A stretch of 64,000 nucleotides of DNA from Octopus sinensis (taxonomy: Eukaryota). The translations under genes and the position numbers were made by a program. The stretch covers positions 22,382,001 through 22,446,000 of the forward strand of contig NC_043007.1 in the NCBI RefSeq assembly GCF_006345805.1, in the 5' to 3' direction. The notes below the pieces were generated by a model. It worked only from the letters and a program-made list of their open reading frames with translations. It was not told where the DNA came from and did not search any database. Of this stretch, positions 10,871-23,864 are shown piece by piece. How positions within the stretch are numbered: the first letter of the stretch is position 1; the number at the start of each line of letters is the position of its first letter.

Positions 10871-13800
10871 TAGACATTTCATCCGTCTTCATGTTCTGAC
10901 TTCAAATTCTGCCGAGGACAACTTTGTCTTTCAGAGTTGATAAAATAAATACCAGTAGAGCCCTGGGGTCAACGTAATTGTTATTGCCATTATTATTAAG
11001 GTGACATGTTGGAAGAATTGTACCAGGATGGACAAAATGTTTAGTGACATTTCTTCCAGCTGTTTACATTCTGAGTTCAAATACCACCAGGGTTGACTTG
11101 ATCTTTCATCCTTTTGGGGTTGATTGACTGAGATCTCTGGAGATATGCTGTGACTGTGAAGACCCGATAAATAACGTGAGTTCATGGCTGTTTCCTGCAC
11201 CAGCTTCACATAGCAGCCCCAGCCCATCCAAAGAATCTTGGATTGCAGGACGGCCTGCTGTGCTTACCTTGAATTGTAGGGTGATCTGCTGTGCTTGAGG
11301 AGACCGACTGAGTCAAGTACATTAACATCAAAATAAAAATCAAATGGAAATTACAGTGGTGATACGCATGCTGGTGGCATGTAAAAAGCACCATCCGAAC
11401 ATGGCCGATGCCAGCGCCGCCTTGATTGGCTTTTGTGCTGGTGGCACGTAAAAAGCACCAACCGATTGTGGCCGTTGCCAATCTCCCCTGGCACCTGTGC
11501 CGGTGGCACATAAAAAGCACCCACTATATTCATGGAGTGGTTGGTGTTAGGAAGGGCATGCAACTGTAGAAACACTGCCAGAGCAGACTGGAGCCTGGTG
11601 TAGCCTCCTGGCTTCCCAGACCCCTGTCGAACCGTCCAACCCATGCTAGCATGGAAAATGGATGTTAAACGATGATGATGATGAATTGATGTCAATGTGA
11701 ATATGAGTTCAGATTACTGACTTTTTGTGATTTTGAATGTTGTTGTTATTATGAGGGAGTGACAAAAGTGGAGTGCGGCATTTACTTATTTTCCATTCGG
11801 AGTTCAGATTCTACTTAGGCCAACTTTACCTTTCACCCTTTTGAGACTGGTAAAATAAGCTCTAGTCAAGCACTGTAGTTGATCTTCAGTGACTTGCTTT
11901 GTGTCTATAAAAAATTATTAAGGGGGCAAGCTGGCAAGATTGGACAAGATACTTAGCAGCATTTCTTCCAGCTGTCTATGTTCTGAGTTCAAATCTGACC
12001 AAGGTCAACTTCACCACTCATCCTGAGAAGTCAATAAAATAAAGTACCTGTCAAATATTGGAGTTGATGTAATCAATTAACCCCCACCGTCCCCCTAAAA
12101 AATTGCTGATCTTATACCAAACTTTGAAGCACTTATTGTTATTGGGGCAGTGGAATGGCAGAATCATTAGAGCATTGGACAAAATACTCTGTAGTATTTT
12201 TTCCACTTTTTTACATTCTGAGTTCAAACTCAACTGAGGTCAGATTTGTCTTTTTTTTTTTTTCTATAATTGGCAAAATAAAGTACCAATCAATTCCAGG
12301 GGTTAATTTCATCAACTAACACCTTCCAAAATTTCAGGCCATCTACCTCTTTAACTAGAAACAGTTAGATGCCTGTCACCTTGCTGTACTCGTGAAGACC
12401 CGTACTCCACAGCAGAGTAAGTGTTAAGACCTGTCCCTCTGGTGGTGAAAAGTACTTGTGGTAGTTCCACAGAAAAGTACTTGTGCAGTGCCACGTAAAC
12501 GCACCCAGCATACCGTAAAGGGATTGGTGTTAAGAAGGGTGTCCAGCCGTTGAAACCATGCCAAATCAGACTGGAGTCTGACACAGCTCCTCAGCTTGCC
12601 AGCTCTGGTCCAATCATCCAACCCATGCCAACATGGACAGCAGATGTTAAATGATGATTATGATATTCATGAGTAGAAGGCAGCAAGCTGGCAGTCTAGT
12701 ACTGGAGCTGATGTAATCAATTTCCTCCTACCCTTAAAAATTGCTGGCATTGTGCCAAAATTAGAAAGAATTATTGAGGTTAGTTGATTAACAAAATTAG
12801 GAACTAGTACCTCACAATCCTCCTTATCTTTACAGTACTGTTCTAAAAATTGTTCTGACGATGTCTTCAACTCTTTAGTATTTAAATTGTTCTGTCAAAT
12901 GTAATGTTTATTTATTCACATTGTTTTGAATTAATCATGCATTATCTTGTAGTGTTGAGATTTTGATGATGTGATTGTTTATTTTTAGAATCATATTGTA
13001 GGATAGGTGTCAGGAGCTGGATTTTCCTCATCTATTATATAAAATCTGTCTGTTGTCTGTCTGTGCGTATGTCTTCTAGGATTTCGGGCATCCTGCATCC
13101 GATTGCGCTCAAATTTGATATGTAGATACCGACGTGTATGAGTCTTGAAAAAATTACAAAAATCAATTCCAGGTGAGAATGCGATCGATAAAGCCATGGG
13201 AACATGCATTTGTATGCACAAGTACATCAGCTGTTGTGATCTTTACTACGTGTATGCAAGAAAAATACACGTGCAGTTTGTTCAAAAAAAGCTGGCTGGC
13301 TTGAAATAATGCCACAAAATGCAGTATATCTAAGAGACCAAAAAAGTAAGATGCAAAAGAGATATTTTCTTCAAACTTGACATGAAGGAAGGAAAGACTA
13401 TTTGGTTTCTCAAGAAGTTTTTTTTTGCCTTAACTTCGTTTAACAAAACCAAAAATTTTATTGAAATAAGGCATGCTTAATTATTTTAATGAAAAGAAAA
13501 CACTGATTGCTTTTTTTCAGCGCATATGATTCAGCACCATCCATTGGACGGGGGGCGTTTTGCTCGTTTAAACATAAGACAGAATATCTGAGCTGGATAT
13601 GGCTAGTTTAAATGCTAGAGTTAAACTGCAGCTTGTAGTGAGGCATTGGTTTGCAAGTTCCAGGATTTTGAGATGTGTGGAACCACCTCTTAATAACTAT
13701 TGCCTCCAGGTCTACTCTGATCTGGGGTAGGGTCCCAACTATGGGTTAATTAGCATGTCACAGAGTTGCTTCAGGAAGGTCACTCACAGATATCCCAATG

Positions 13801-14649
13801 AACCCAGGGTAGACGAGACCCTTCAGCTCTTTTGCTGCCCACCTAAGAGAAGGTAACTCCATACAAGTCCCATATCCTGATAATTACTGGATTGTGGTAC
13901 TTGTTACACCAAACCAATACAGGTTTGAAGGATGAGAGAGTGGGACTTGCTCTGTACAGACCATGACAATAATATCCATCATGCTGGTCGTTCTTCAAAC
14001 CAAGTCACCAACATTAACATCTTCACACTTTCTTCCTAAGTCCTGTGGTGATAGGGGAGGTGGTGACAGAGACAGATGGAGGGTGCTACTGAAAGTCATC
14101 GACTTTGACCCTGTGCACAGGTGGCCATACAGTGATGGTTGTTTACCACAGACTTTGCAGCTGTGTCCTGTTGAACTGTCATTCATCAAAACTATGATAG
14201 TCCACCACTGTCCTAAATAAAACGATGGCTGTGATTTAACTATTGTCTTAAGCTATCACCTGGTTTAACACAATAACATGGATTTGTGCTGCTTTTAACT
14301 GAGATCATTCTGTTTGCAAGCAATTCAGACTCAGACCAGGTCTCCAATCAAAGGAAAACTTGAGCTGCTCTGCTTCTTACTCTATCAACAACCCAAAAGT
14401 CATTAAGAGTAAACACATGTGTGCTAAGGGTTCTGCTCTACTCTATCTCCATATCAGTAGTTGATGTCTCATCAGGCAGTGAAACAGCTCTATAGGGTTT
14501 TTAGCCCCTTATAATAATGAAATAATTGTATACAGTGCTCAGGTGCACCACAACTTGTCAAAAGTGCGTATAAAGCATATGCAGTAATGTACAAATGTCT
14601 GGAAAGTGAACAGTGTATGAGTCAGATACATGCTTGCATGTGTATGGAG

Positions 14650-15240
14650 GGGAGAAAATCAGGTGTAGCATTGGCAGATCTCAAGAAGCATGGAAGTTTT
14701 GAAGGATGCAGTGCTCCGACAACTAACAACTGATGCCGATAGTTTGTTCCATGCTTCAGCAACTCTTAGTGTGAAAAAATGTTTCTGAAAGTCATGGGAG
14801 CTGTGCTGTTTTCTGACTTTGTAAATATGTCCACGGGTGTTAGACGGGTGGAGTTTGAAAAGGGGCTCAGAGTTATTGTTTGTAAGATGGTTAATAATTT
14901 TATGGGTATCTGCCAAGTCAGCTGCCAGACGTCGGAGTTTCAATGTATCCATGCCCAGGGAAGTAAGGCGTTCAGAATATGGCAAATACCTGATGGAGGG
15001 TATTGTCTTGGTTGCACATCACTGAACGGTTTCCAGATGATTAATATCCTGAGCAAGATAGGGGTTCCAGATCAGTGATGCAATCTCCAGGTGAGGCCAC
15101 ACCATAGCTATATAAAGCCTCAGATAGATAGCCAGAGCGCGGCTCACAAAGGACTTGGTATATGATGGTTAATAATTTTATGGGTGTCTGCCAAGTCAGC
15201 TGCCAGACGTTGGAGTTTCAATGTATCCATGCCCAAGGAA
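14650..15240 (-). mobile_element. CR1-clade LINE 3' fragment (RT C-terminus)
   Basis: PHLEIASLIWNPYL...LETVQ...PYSERLTSLGMDTLKLRRLAADL...KII...TRGHIYKVRK...HFFTLRVAEAWNKL matches the CR1-type Y..RL..L..RR..DL / TRGH / FF..RV...WN.L pattern. Confidence 0.88.
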
Positions 15241-16466
15241 ACCAGCCTGGACTACAGATTGAGTCAGGTAATAAACTGGAGCTCTTCTTCCACCATTAGT
15301 CTCTTTCTCTTGCTCCTCATCTTCTTCAGTACTGCACTTCCAAACAACTTTTGGCTTCTAATCTTTGCCCATCTATCTTTGCCCTCACTATCCTCTGCAG
15401 GTACTTTGACCATACAACTGTAGCTTGCTTTCTAGATGTCTCCTTGTTTACTGTTCACCAGTTTTGGAAGCCTTGTATGTGCCCTTCCTCTTCTGAAGTA
15501 TGAAAAAGAAATAATTGATTGCTTTTACTCCTTAGTAAATTTATTGCATTTAATCTCTATAGAAGTTGCAGTATTTTTCTTTGAAATTCTGGCTTGGCTT
15601 TGATCTAGAGAAAATCTTTACACAAGAGGGAAGATATTATTTAGCTCCAAGTCAGCTTTGATCGAGCAAACCTATGATGATGAAACGGGTTCCAGCTTTG
15701 GTTGTTCTGCCATTTTCTTCAGAGTGTCTAGGACTATATCATGCAGAAAATGATTTGAGGGAAATTTGGTTGTTGTTTCTAGCAGGTAAAGTTACCACAT
15801 AAGGTTCGCCCACCCACCAGAAGACATTTTGAAAAGTGAGGTGAATCATTTCCAGGCACAGAAATATTTTTTTTCATAACTTTATTTGCATCATAAACTG
15901 AAGAATGCCAATTCTTTTTTTTTTTTTCTTCTGTCTTCAAGCTTCATAATGATATTTGGAGAGTCGAAAACCAGCCAGTTCTGTTGACAACGAAAAATTA
16001 GGTCACAATATATTGAAATAGAATGAATTCATTGTATTTCGAACAACAGATAAAACTCAGTATCTAGTGACAGGTTATGGGCGGGGATCATAAAATGTCA
16101 TTTTTGGTTTTGGTTGGTTTTCTTTTTGTCTTTTTTTAACTTTTATTTATATTAGTTTTTGCTGGTGGTGATGGTAACGAAGGTAGTGACTTTAGGGATA
16201 CTGTTGTAACAAAACTATTAAACATTCCAAGGGCCACTATGAGTCATTTCTGAATAAATTATGAATATTTCTCAGCAGGTTGAAGTCCTGTGAAGGACCT
16301 TCTCTCTGTGTGTAAATCTTTAGTGGTTTTGTCTCTAATTAATATTATATAATATTTACTATAAAATTGGATTCAATCCTAAATCTGATTTTTCCCTGTA
16401 AATTTGGATTTATTCCCTAATATTTATTATTATATATATATATATATAATGTGTGTGTGTGTGTGT

Positions 16467-16778
16467 GGAGGCGCAATGGCCCAGTGGTTAGGGCAGCAGC
16501 CTAGTGGTCGGAGGATCGCGGTTTCGATTCCCAGACTGGGCGTTGTGTGTGCTTATTGAGCGAAAACACCTAAAGTTCCACGAGGCTCCAGCAGGGGGTA
16601 GTGGCGACCCCTGTTGTACTCTTTTGCCCCAACTTTCTCTCACTCTTTCTTCCTGTTTCTAGAGTAACGCTGCGATGGACTGGCGTCCCCTCCAGCTGGG
16701 GGGAACACATACGTCACAGAAACCAGGAAACCGGACCCATGAGCCTGGCTAGGCTTGAAAAGCGCGCATAAATAAATA
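16467..16778 (+). mobile_element. tRNA-derived SINE, family D (V-domain-like centre)
   Basis: A-box TGGCCCAGTGG, B-box-like GGTTTCGATTCC, central gctgcgatggactggcgtcc, tail aggcttgaaaagcgcgcataaataaa. Two tandem minus copies at 21016-21522 and one at about 42880-43110. Confidence 0.7.
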
Positions 16779-17044
16779 TATATATGTATAGTTGAAATTT
16801 ACAGAAATGCAAAAGACAGACAGGTGTATAAACAACAAGCAGGTGTTTTAGTTTGACACTTATGTTTTGAGCCTATGCTCCTCAGCAGAAAGGAACACGG
16901 GGAAATAAACAGAGAGAGAATAAAAAACTTGTGGATTTAGCAATCAATCACATGCGTGCATACATACATATATATATATATATATGTTTTAGGCTTGGGT
17001 ATACACCTGGTAGTAACTGAGTGAAGTACCTTTTGAAAAGTTAC

Positions 17045-17125
17045 CTGATGAGACCAATTGTCTAGAATCTCAATCATAGAAGGCCAATGCAAAATTGGTC
17101 AAAACTATCGTTGTACTTGATAGTC
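17045..17125 (+). ncRNA. Degenerate type I hammerhead ribozyme-like motif
   Basis: CTGATGA (17045-51); stem II gaccaatt/aattggtc (17052-59/17093-100); AAAAC in place of GAAAC; stem III actatc/gatagt; GTC cleavage triplet ending 17125. Stem I not evident. Confidence 0.45.
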
Positions 17126-17339
17126 TTGTGAATTCCATTTCTCTCATTTGTTACACACACACACACACACACACATACATACATATCACATGTACAATAC
17201 CAAAATCTTTGCAAGAAGACAAAAGTTGTTAGATTTTTAAAGAAAACAAGTGCATCGCATCTTATATGCCATCAAATATTGAATGTGTGTATAATGTGAA
17301 TGAACAATTGCTATGCCTGTGTACCCATCACAATTTTCA

Positions 17340-17640
17340 TTGAAAGATGTACAGGTATATTAGAAGCATGCCAGTTTCAGCAGTGCATATTCAGTGGGAA
17401 AAGTTTTCAGTGCAGTGAAGCTTATGGGAAACCAACTTTGTATAGAAGACCTGGGGTGGGTGGGATATATTTGTTTTTCTTTTTCTGAGAAAAAGAGTGC
17501 ATCTAATACAGTATTAACAGGCTCATTAAAGTCATTAGCAATGATAATGAGATTCCTGTTGTCTGTTATCAAGGTAGTCTGCAAGAAGACTTTATAGAAA
17601 CAGTCCGTTTGTTTTGTGTTCACCAGTCAGTCCTGATTCT
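17340..17640 (-). mobile_element. L1/Tx1-type APE endonuclease fragment
   Basis: Minus ORF 17360-17623 contains NRNLIIIANDFNEPVNTVLD, resembling the LIIxGDFN...LD motif of L1-clade endonucleases. Confidence 0.45.
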
Positions 17641-18760
17641 GGTGAATGTGTAGAAATAGCTTGCCCTCCTTTTCTCTTATCACAGAAAACCATTCATTTC
17701 TGTTAACGCTCTTTCTGGACATGTTTTGTCTTTACAATTCTAAAATACACCTTATACAGAGACTAAAGAATTAAGAGAGTATTCTTTACTAATTCTCTGC
17801 TAGCTGTCTCTACCATTCCCTTCCATCCCCCCTCCTCCCGTATTTGCATGTGCATCAGTGTTATTGTCTATCATCACCACCACTACCACCACCACCATCA
17901 TCATCGCTATCATCATAACCACCTCATCATCATTACTATCATCATCACCATCATTATCATCATCATAATATATTTCTTTACTACCCACAAGGGGCTAAAC
18001 ACAGAGGGGGCAAACAAGGACAGACAAAGGGATTAATTCGATTACATCGACCCCAGTGCATAACTGGTACTTAATTTATCGACCCCGAAAGAATGAAAGG
18101 CAAAGTCGACCTCGGCGGAAAATCGTTATTTTAACATCCACTTTTCTATACTCATGTGGGTTGAACAGAATTTTCTGAGGCAGATATTCTACTGTTGGAT
18201 TCCCATCTCGTCACAAACCTTACCTGTTTAAAAGTAAGGTAACATTTTCCCCATTCCCATACCCATAAGGTAACATTTTTCCCCTTTCCCCATTGTTTTC
18301 GCAGAAATTTGGAAACAAAGGACACCGCTTGTATAAAGGTGACGCTTGTTTACAGCAACCACACAGTGTCAAGACAAGGAGACACTAACACAATCAGCAT
18401 AATTATCATCATCATTTAACATCCTTTTTCCATACTGGAATGGTTTTAATGGTTTCACAGAAACTGGCATGGCCAAGACCTGCACCAGGTTCCATTGTCT
18501 TTCTTAGCATGGTTTCTACAGCTCTATGCCCTTCCTGACCACACCACAGAATATACTGGGTGATTTTTATGTGACTGCATCACCAGTGTTTTCACATGGC
18601 ACCAGCACTGACAGGATCACCATGTACCTTCCAGTCATGGAACTCAAAGGAATCAGGGAATATGCGCACACACACACACACACACACACCTATCTATCTA
18701 TCTGTCTGTCTGTCTATATGTCTATCTACCTATCTATCTGTCTGTCTGTCTATATGTCTG

Positions 18761-18808
<48 letters not shown>

Positions 18809-18855
18809 AATATCTATCTATCTAAATATCTATCTATCTATCTATATATATATAT

Positions 18856-18886
<31 letters not shown>

Positions 18887-18904
18887 ATATGTATGTATAT
18901 ATAT

Positions 18905-18938
<34 letters not shown>

Positions 18939-19276
18939 GAGCTTCTTTCAGTCTACATCTCCTAAATGCATTTACAAGGCTTTAGTCAGCCTGATGCTAC
19001 CATAGAAGACACTTGCTGCAGCAAAGTGAGATTGAACCCAGAACCACTTGGTTGTGAAGCAAACTTCTCAATCACACAGCCATACCTACTTCTGTATTCT
19101 AAAATTTTTAGCTGCTGTTATTGAAGTTATCTCCCTTGTTTCTTGCTTATAAATTTTGAATACTCCTTCAGACACTTTATCTAATAATGTGGATAATTTC
19201 ATTTATCTTATATCTTATCGATCTTATCAAGTGGCCAGCATGGAAATAAAAACCTTCAAAGGTAATAATTATTATT

Positions 19277-19411
19277 AAAATTATAATTTAGGGTATCTAA
19301 GAGATACCTCCATGCTGGAAATAGCAGCCAAACCTTGACTCTTAATGTGGTTTTAGAGTCAAGTTTTGGCTGCTATTTCCAGTGTGGAGGTATCTCTTAG
19401 ATACCCTAAAT

Positions 19412-19420
<9 letters not shown>
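19277..19420. repeat. Near-perfect palindrome (about 66-bp arms, about 12-nt loop)
   Basis: aaaattataatttagggtatctaagagatacctccatgctggaaatagcagccaaaccttgactct pairs with agagtcaagttttggctgctatttccagtgtggaggtatctcttagataccctaaattataatttt, with two G-U-compatible differences and one mismatch. Confidence 0.95.
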
Positions 19421-19442
<22 letters not shown>

Positions 19443-19451
<9 letters not shown>

Positions 19452-19618
19452 TAACAATAAGGGTTTGCAACAAGTTGCATGACCACATACCGAAAATTTT
19501 AGAAATAGCAGCCAAAGGACTACTATTTCCTTTTTCTACAAAATTATGTCGGCTATTTCTAAAATTTTCGGTTTGTGGTCGTGCAATTTGTTGCAAACCC
19601 TTATTCTTATAATTATAT
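19443..19618. repeat. Second palindrome (about 65-70 bp arms)
   Basis: tataacaataagggtttgcaacaagttgcatgaccacataccgaaaattttagaaatagc pairs with gctatttctaaaattttcggtttgtggtcgtgcaatttgttgcaaacccttattcttata. Confidence 0.92.
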
Positions 19619-22075
19619 AAGTTTTTACCGAATATTGTCCTTTTCCATACCAAAATACTACTAGGTGAAATTTGTTGATTTTATTAAATTAATTATCTTT
19701 CACCCTATATCTGTAATGATATATATATATATATCTTTATATATAAAAGTCAAGTTGTGTGTCTGTCTCCTACGATTTAGATTCCTAACTACTCCCACAT
19801 TTTGCGGTGCAGTTTAACCAAAACCAGGTATCTTATAGTCGTGATTCATATTGAGCCCTTCTGGGTATTAGCGCGCGTCTACGATGAGTCTACGATTTAA
19901 AAAGAAATTTACCATCATTTTTTCGCTATTATATAAGGGAAGTAACTCTCTAAAAATGTCTACAATGAGTCAACGATTTAAAAAAAATTTACCATAATTT
20001 TTTTCCCATTTTTAATGCATTTTTTTGCTATAACTCTCTAAAAATGCTTATATAGTTATTTCCCTTACAAACCCGAGTAACGCCGGGCGATACTGCTAGT
20101 ATATATATATATATATATATGTAGTATGCAGAGCATATTCCTTTGACCATACTGTCTTGTTTCCTGGTGTCCACCTCATGTTTCTGCCTTGTAGTCTCAC
20201 TTTTCACCACTGACCCTGACCGCCTTTCTCTAATTTCAAGTGGATCCTGTTACAAACTTTGATCTCCTCACTTTGGTCCCACTCCCAACTTTACTCTCTC
20301 CATATAATATTGTTGACTCACTTCTTACGCTAAAACCAGCTGGCTCCCTCTCCCCTCCCTCCTCACATCAACTCCTTTATTCATTTTTCTCATTTGTAAT
20401 TTTTTACGACTAACCATCAACTTTAGTATGTTCTTTCTCTTTATACTTGCTGTAAATTAACTTCTTGAACCCTTCTAGGAATTCTCGTGTGTGTGTGTAT
20501 GTGTGGACTTAGTGCTTTTTACGTGGCACAAGCACAGGCGAGGTCAGTTTTAGTAGTTTTTACAGCTGGATGCTCTTCCAAACGCCAACCACTTTACAGT
20601 GTGGACTGGGTGCTTTTAAGTGGCACCTGCACTGACAGGGTCACCAAGTACCTTGCAAGACAAAAAATTTTCCTTTGAGAGAGGAGGGGGCATTGGAGGA
20701 GAGGATCTTGTGTCACAGTATGAAAGGTTATAGTGAGACAGAGAGAGAGAGAGAAACAGGTGCCTTGCTGTAGAGGAGGTACAAGTTTACCTGGCCAGAG
20801 AGAGATCAGGAATGAGGGTAGAAACGGGTGTGCTGCCACAAAAGAGATACGTGGTTACCCAACCTGGGAGACGTGCAAGAGAAGGGGAGAGAGAGAGTGG
20901 GAGACATCGGGATAGAGGTGGTGGCAAAGTGCTGGGCATACTTACAAGTGATGGGAATCAGAATATAAATGGGATGGTTGAGTAAAGGCAGAGAGAGATA
21001 TAATAAATAAAATAGATGTGCTCTTTTTAAAGCCTAGCCAGGCTCATGGGCCCAGTTTCCTGGTTTCTATGGCATATGTGTTCCCCAGCTGGATGGGACG
21101 CCAGTCCATCGCAGCGTTACTCATTTTTGCCAGCTGAGTGGACTGGAGCAACATGAAATGAAGTGTTTTGCTCAAGAACACAATGCGTCACCCAGTCCAG
21201 GAATTCAAACCACAATCTTACGATCATGGTGCTAACACCCTAACCACTAAGCCACGTGCCTCTACGAAATAAATGCGTCCTTTTTAAAGCCTAGCCAGGC
21301 TCATGGGCCCAGTTTTCCGGTCTCTATGGTGTATGTGTTCCCCAGCTGGACGGGACGCCAGTCCATCGCAGCATTACTCATTTTTGCCAGCTGAGTGGAC
21401 TGGAGCAACGTGAAATGAAGTGCTTTGCTCAAGAACACAACGCGCCACCCGGTCCAGGAACCGAAACCACAATCTTACGATCATGGTGCTGACACCCTAA
21501 CCACTAAACCATGCGCCTCCACAGAGAGAGATATAGATGGTGGCAAGTGCTAGGGCATACCCTTGGGGTTCCAATAGTACTCATAATATAAATGGCAGGT
21601 TATTGCCAAAGTGTGATTAGAGATTGGGGAGAGGAAGTGAGTGGTGAAAACCTGGGTATATAGAGGGAGGCTGGGCTACCAGGTAACAATGATTCAGTGA
21701 AACAGAGCCATGAGAACAGGATTGGGGTATGAGAGGTAGGGATAGTTCATGGAGGAGGAAATGTGAGGAAGTGAAGAGATGCTGATTGGTTTGTTGGGGT
21801 AGGGTGTGTCCTTCTTCGTCCTCTCTGTGTAGGGTGTGTGAAAAGTTTTCTGAAATTAACTTCTGTTTGTAAGCCTTGTGTCAGCCTGTCACAAAAAACT
21901 AATGAACTGCCACAGATCAATTAAACTGTGACATCTGATATGCTTGAAAGAGCAGCAAGATCTTGGTGTGATTCCGTGGGATGGTAGAGAGAGAGAGAGA
22001 AACAGAGAGATATTATAGAGTGAAGCAAAAAGAAGGAGATCTGATGTATAAATGATTGATGTATTTCTATTTTAG

Positions 22076-22675
22076 GTGGTGAGCTGGCAGAATCGTTAGC
22101 ACGCTGGGCGAAATGCGTAGCCGTATTTCGTCTGCCGCTACGTTCTGAGTTCAAATTCCGCCGAGGTCGACTTTGCCTTTCATCCTTTCGAGGTCGATTA
22201 AATAAGTACCAGTTACGCACTGGGGTCGATATAATCGACTTAATCCGTTTGTCTGTCCTTGTTTGTCCCCTCTGTGTTTAGCCCCTTGTGGGTAGTAAAG
22301 AAATAGGTATTTCGTCTGCCGTTATGTTCTGAGTTCAAATTCCGCCGATGTCGACTTTGCCTTTCATCCTTTCGGGGTCGATTAAATAAGTACCAGTTAT
22401 GCACTGGGGTCGATATAATCGACTTAATCCATTTGTCTGTCCTTGTTTGTCCCCTCTGTGTTTAGCCCCTTGTGGGTAGTAAAGAAATAGGTATTTCGTC
22501 TGCCGTTATGTTCTGAGTTCAAATTCCGCCGATGTCGACTTTGCCTTTCATCCTTTTGGGGTTGATTAAATAAGTACCAGTTACGCACTGGGGTCGATAT
22601 AATCGACTTAATCCCTTTGTCTCTCCTTGTTTGTCCCCTCTGTGTTTAGCCCCTTGTGGGTAGTAAAGAAATATA
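22076..22675 (+). repeat. Head-to-tail trimer of family B SINE, 184-bp period
   Basis: The unit start gtatttcgtctgcc recurs at 22123, 22307 and 22491; only the first unit has the 5' head. Confidence 0.95.
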
Positions 22676-23039
22676 TATATTTCTAGACCTACAGTCAGAA
22701 ATAGCAACCAGATCTCCTAGGGTCACAAATCTATCTATCAGTCTGTGGGTGGAACACACAGATCGAAGGGGGCGGAATGTGGGGTCAGCGGATAGGAATG
22801 ATACAACGAGAGGGCCAAGAGGACAGGATTGAAGAGTGGGAGGTAAGCGTAGTGCATGAAGTAGAAATGTGAGGAAGAGAAGAGATGTAGTTTGGTTTGT
22901 TGTGGTAGGGTGTGTGAGAAGTTTTCTTGTTAAGCGAGGGTGGGATACACAGCACTTCTAGAATTCAGTTTCACAGATGTGGGCAGGTCTTCTCAAGAAC
23001 CTCACATCGCCAGACATCTCGGTCCATTGTCATTTCCTC

Positions 23040-23660
23040 CAGTATGTATATGTATGTATTTTTTGTATGTATGTCTGTATGTCTGCCTGTATGTATATGT
23101 CTGTCTGTCTGTATGTATGTATGTATGTATATGTCTGTATGTATGTATATGTATGCCTATGTATGTATGTATATATATGTCTATGTATGTATGTACGTAT
23201 ATGTCTATGTGTGTATGTATATGTCTATGTATGTACGTATATGTCTATGTGTGTATGTATATGTCTATGTATGTACGTATATGTCTATGTGTGTATGTAT
23301 ATGTCTATGTATGTACGTATATGTCTATGTGTGTATGTATATGTCTATGTATGTACGTATATGTCTATGTGTGTATGTATATGTCTATGTATGTATGTAT
23401 ATGTCTATATATGTATGTATGTATATGTCTATATATGTATGTATGTATATGTCTATATATGTATATATGTATCTATATGTCTATATATGTATATATCTAT
23501 GTATGTATGTATGTATGTATGTATGTATGTGTGTGTATATCTATATGTATGTATGTATGTATGTGTGTGTATATCTATATGTATGTGTATGTCTATATGT
23601 ATGTGTGTCTGTATAGCTGTGTGTATGTATATATGTGTGTGTGTGTGTGTGTATGAGTGG
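23040..23660. repeat. (TATG/TGTC) microsatellite with a higher-order unit of about 40 bp
   Basis: Repeated atgtctatgtgtgtatgtatatgtctatgtatgtacgtat blocks. Confidence 0.92.
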
Positions 23661-23812
23661 CTATACATATTTACTTTAGTTGATCCAGTTTGAGACACAA
23701 GGGGCAGATGAATATTTAAAATGTATTTGAGTCTCCTCATCTATTATTTGCAATTAAACAAATTGGGAAGATCCCCATGAGTTCTGAGTTGATCCCAAAA
23801 TTATTAATCATT

Positions 23813-23864
<52 letters not shown>

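Noticed and set aside
15943-16305. Possible upstream DUF547 exons at about 15945-16000 and 16270-16305
   Set aside because: Stops in the relevant frames or weak donors; no DUF547, DEP or glutaredoxin motif recognised.
22076-22675. CRISPR-like regular array (also 62705-63482)
   Set aside because: Units are 184-185 bp near-identical SINE bodies with no unique spacers; eukaryotic context and no cas genes.
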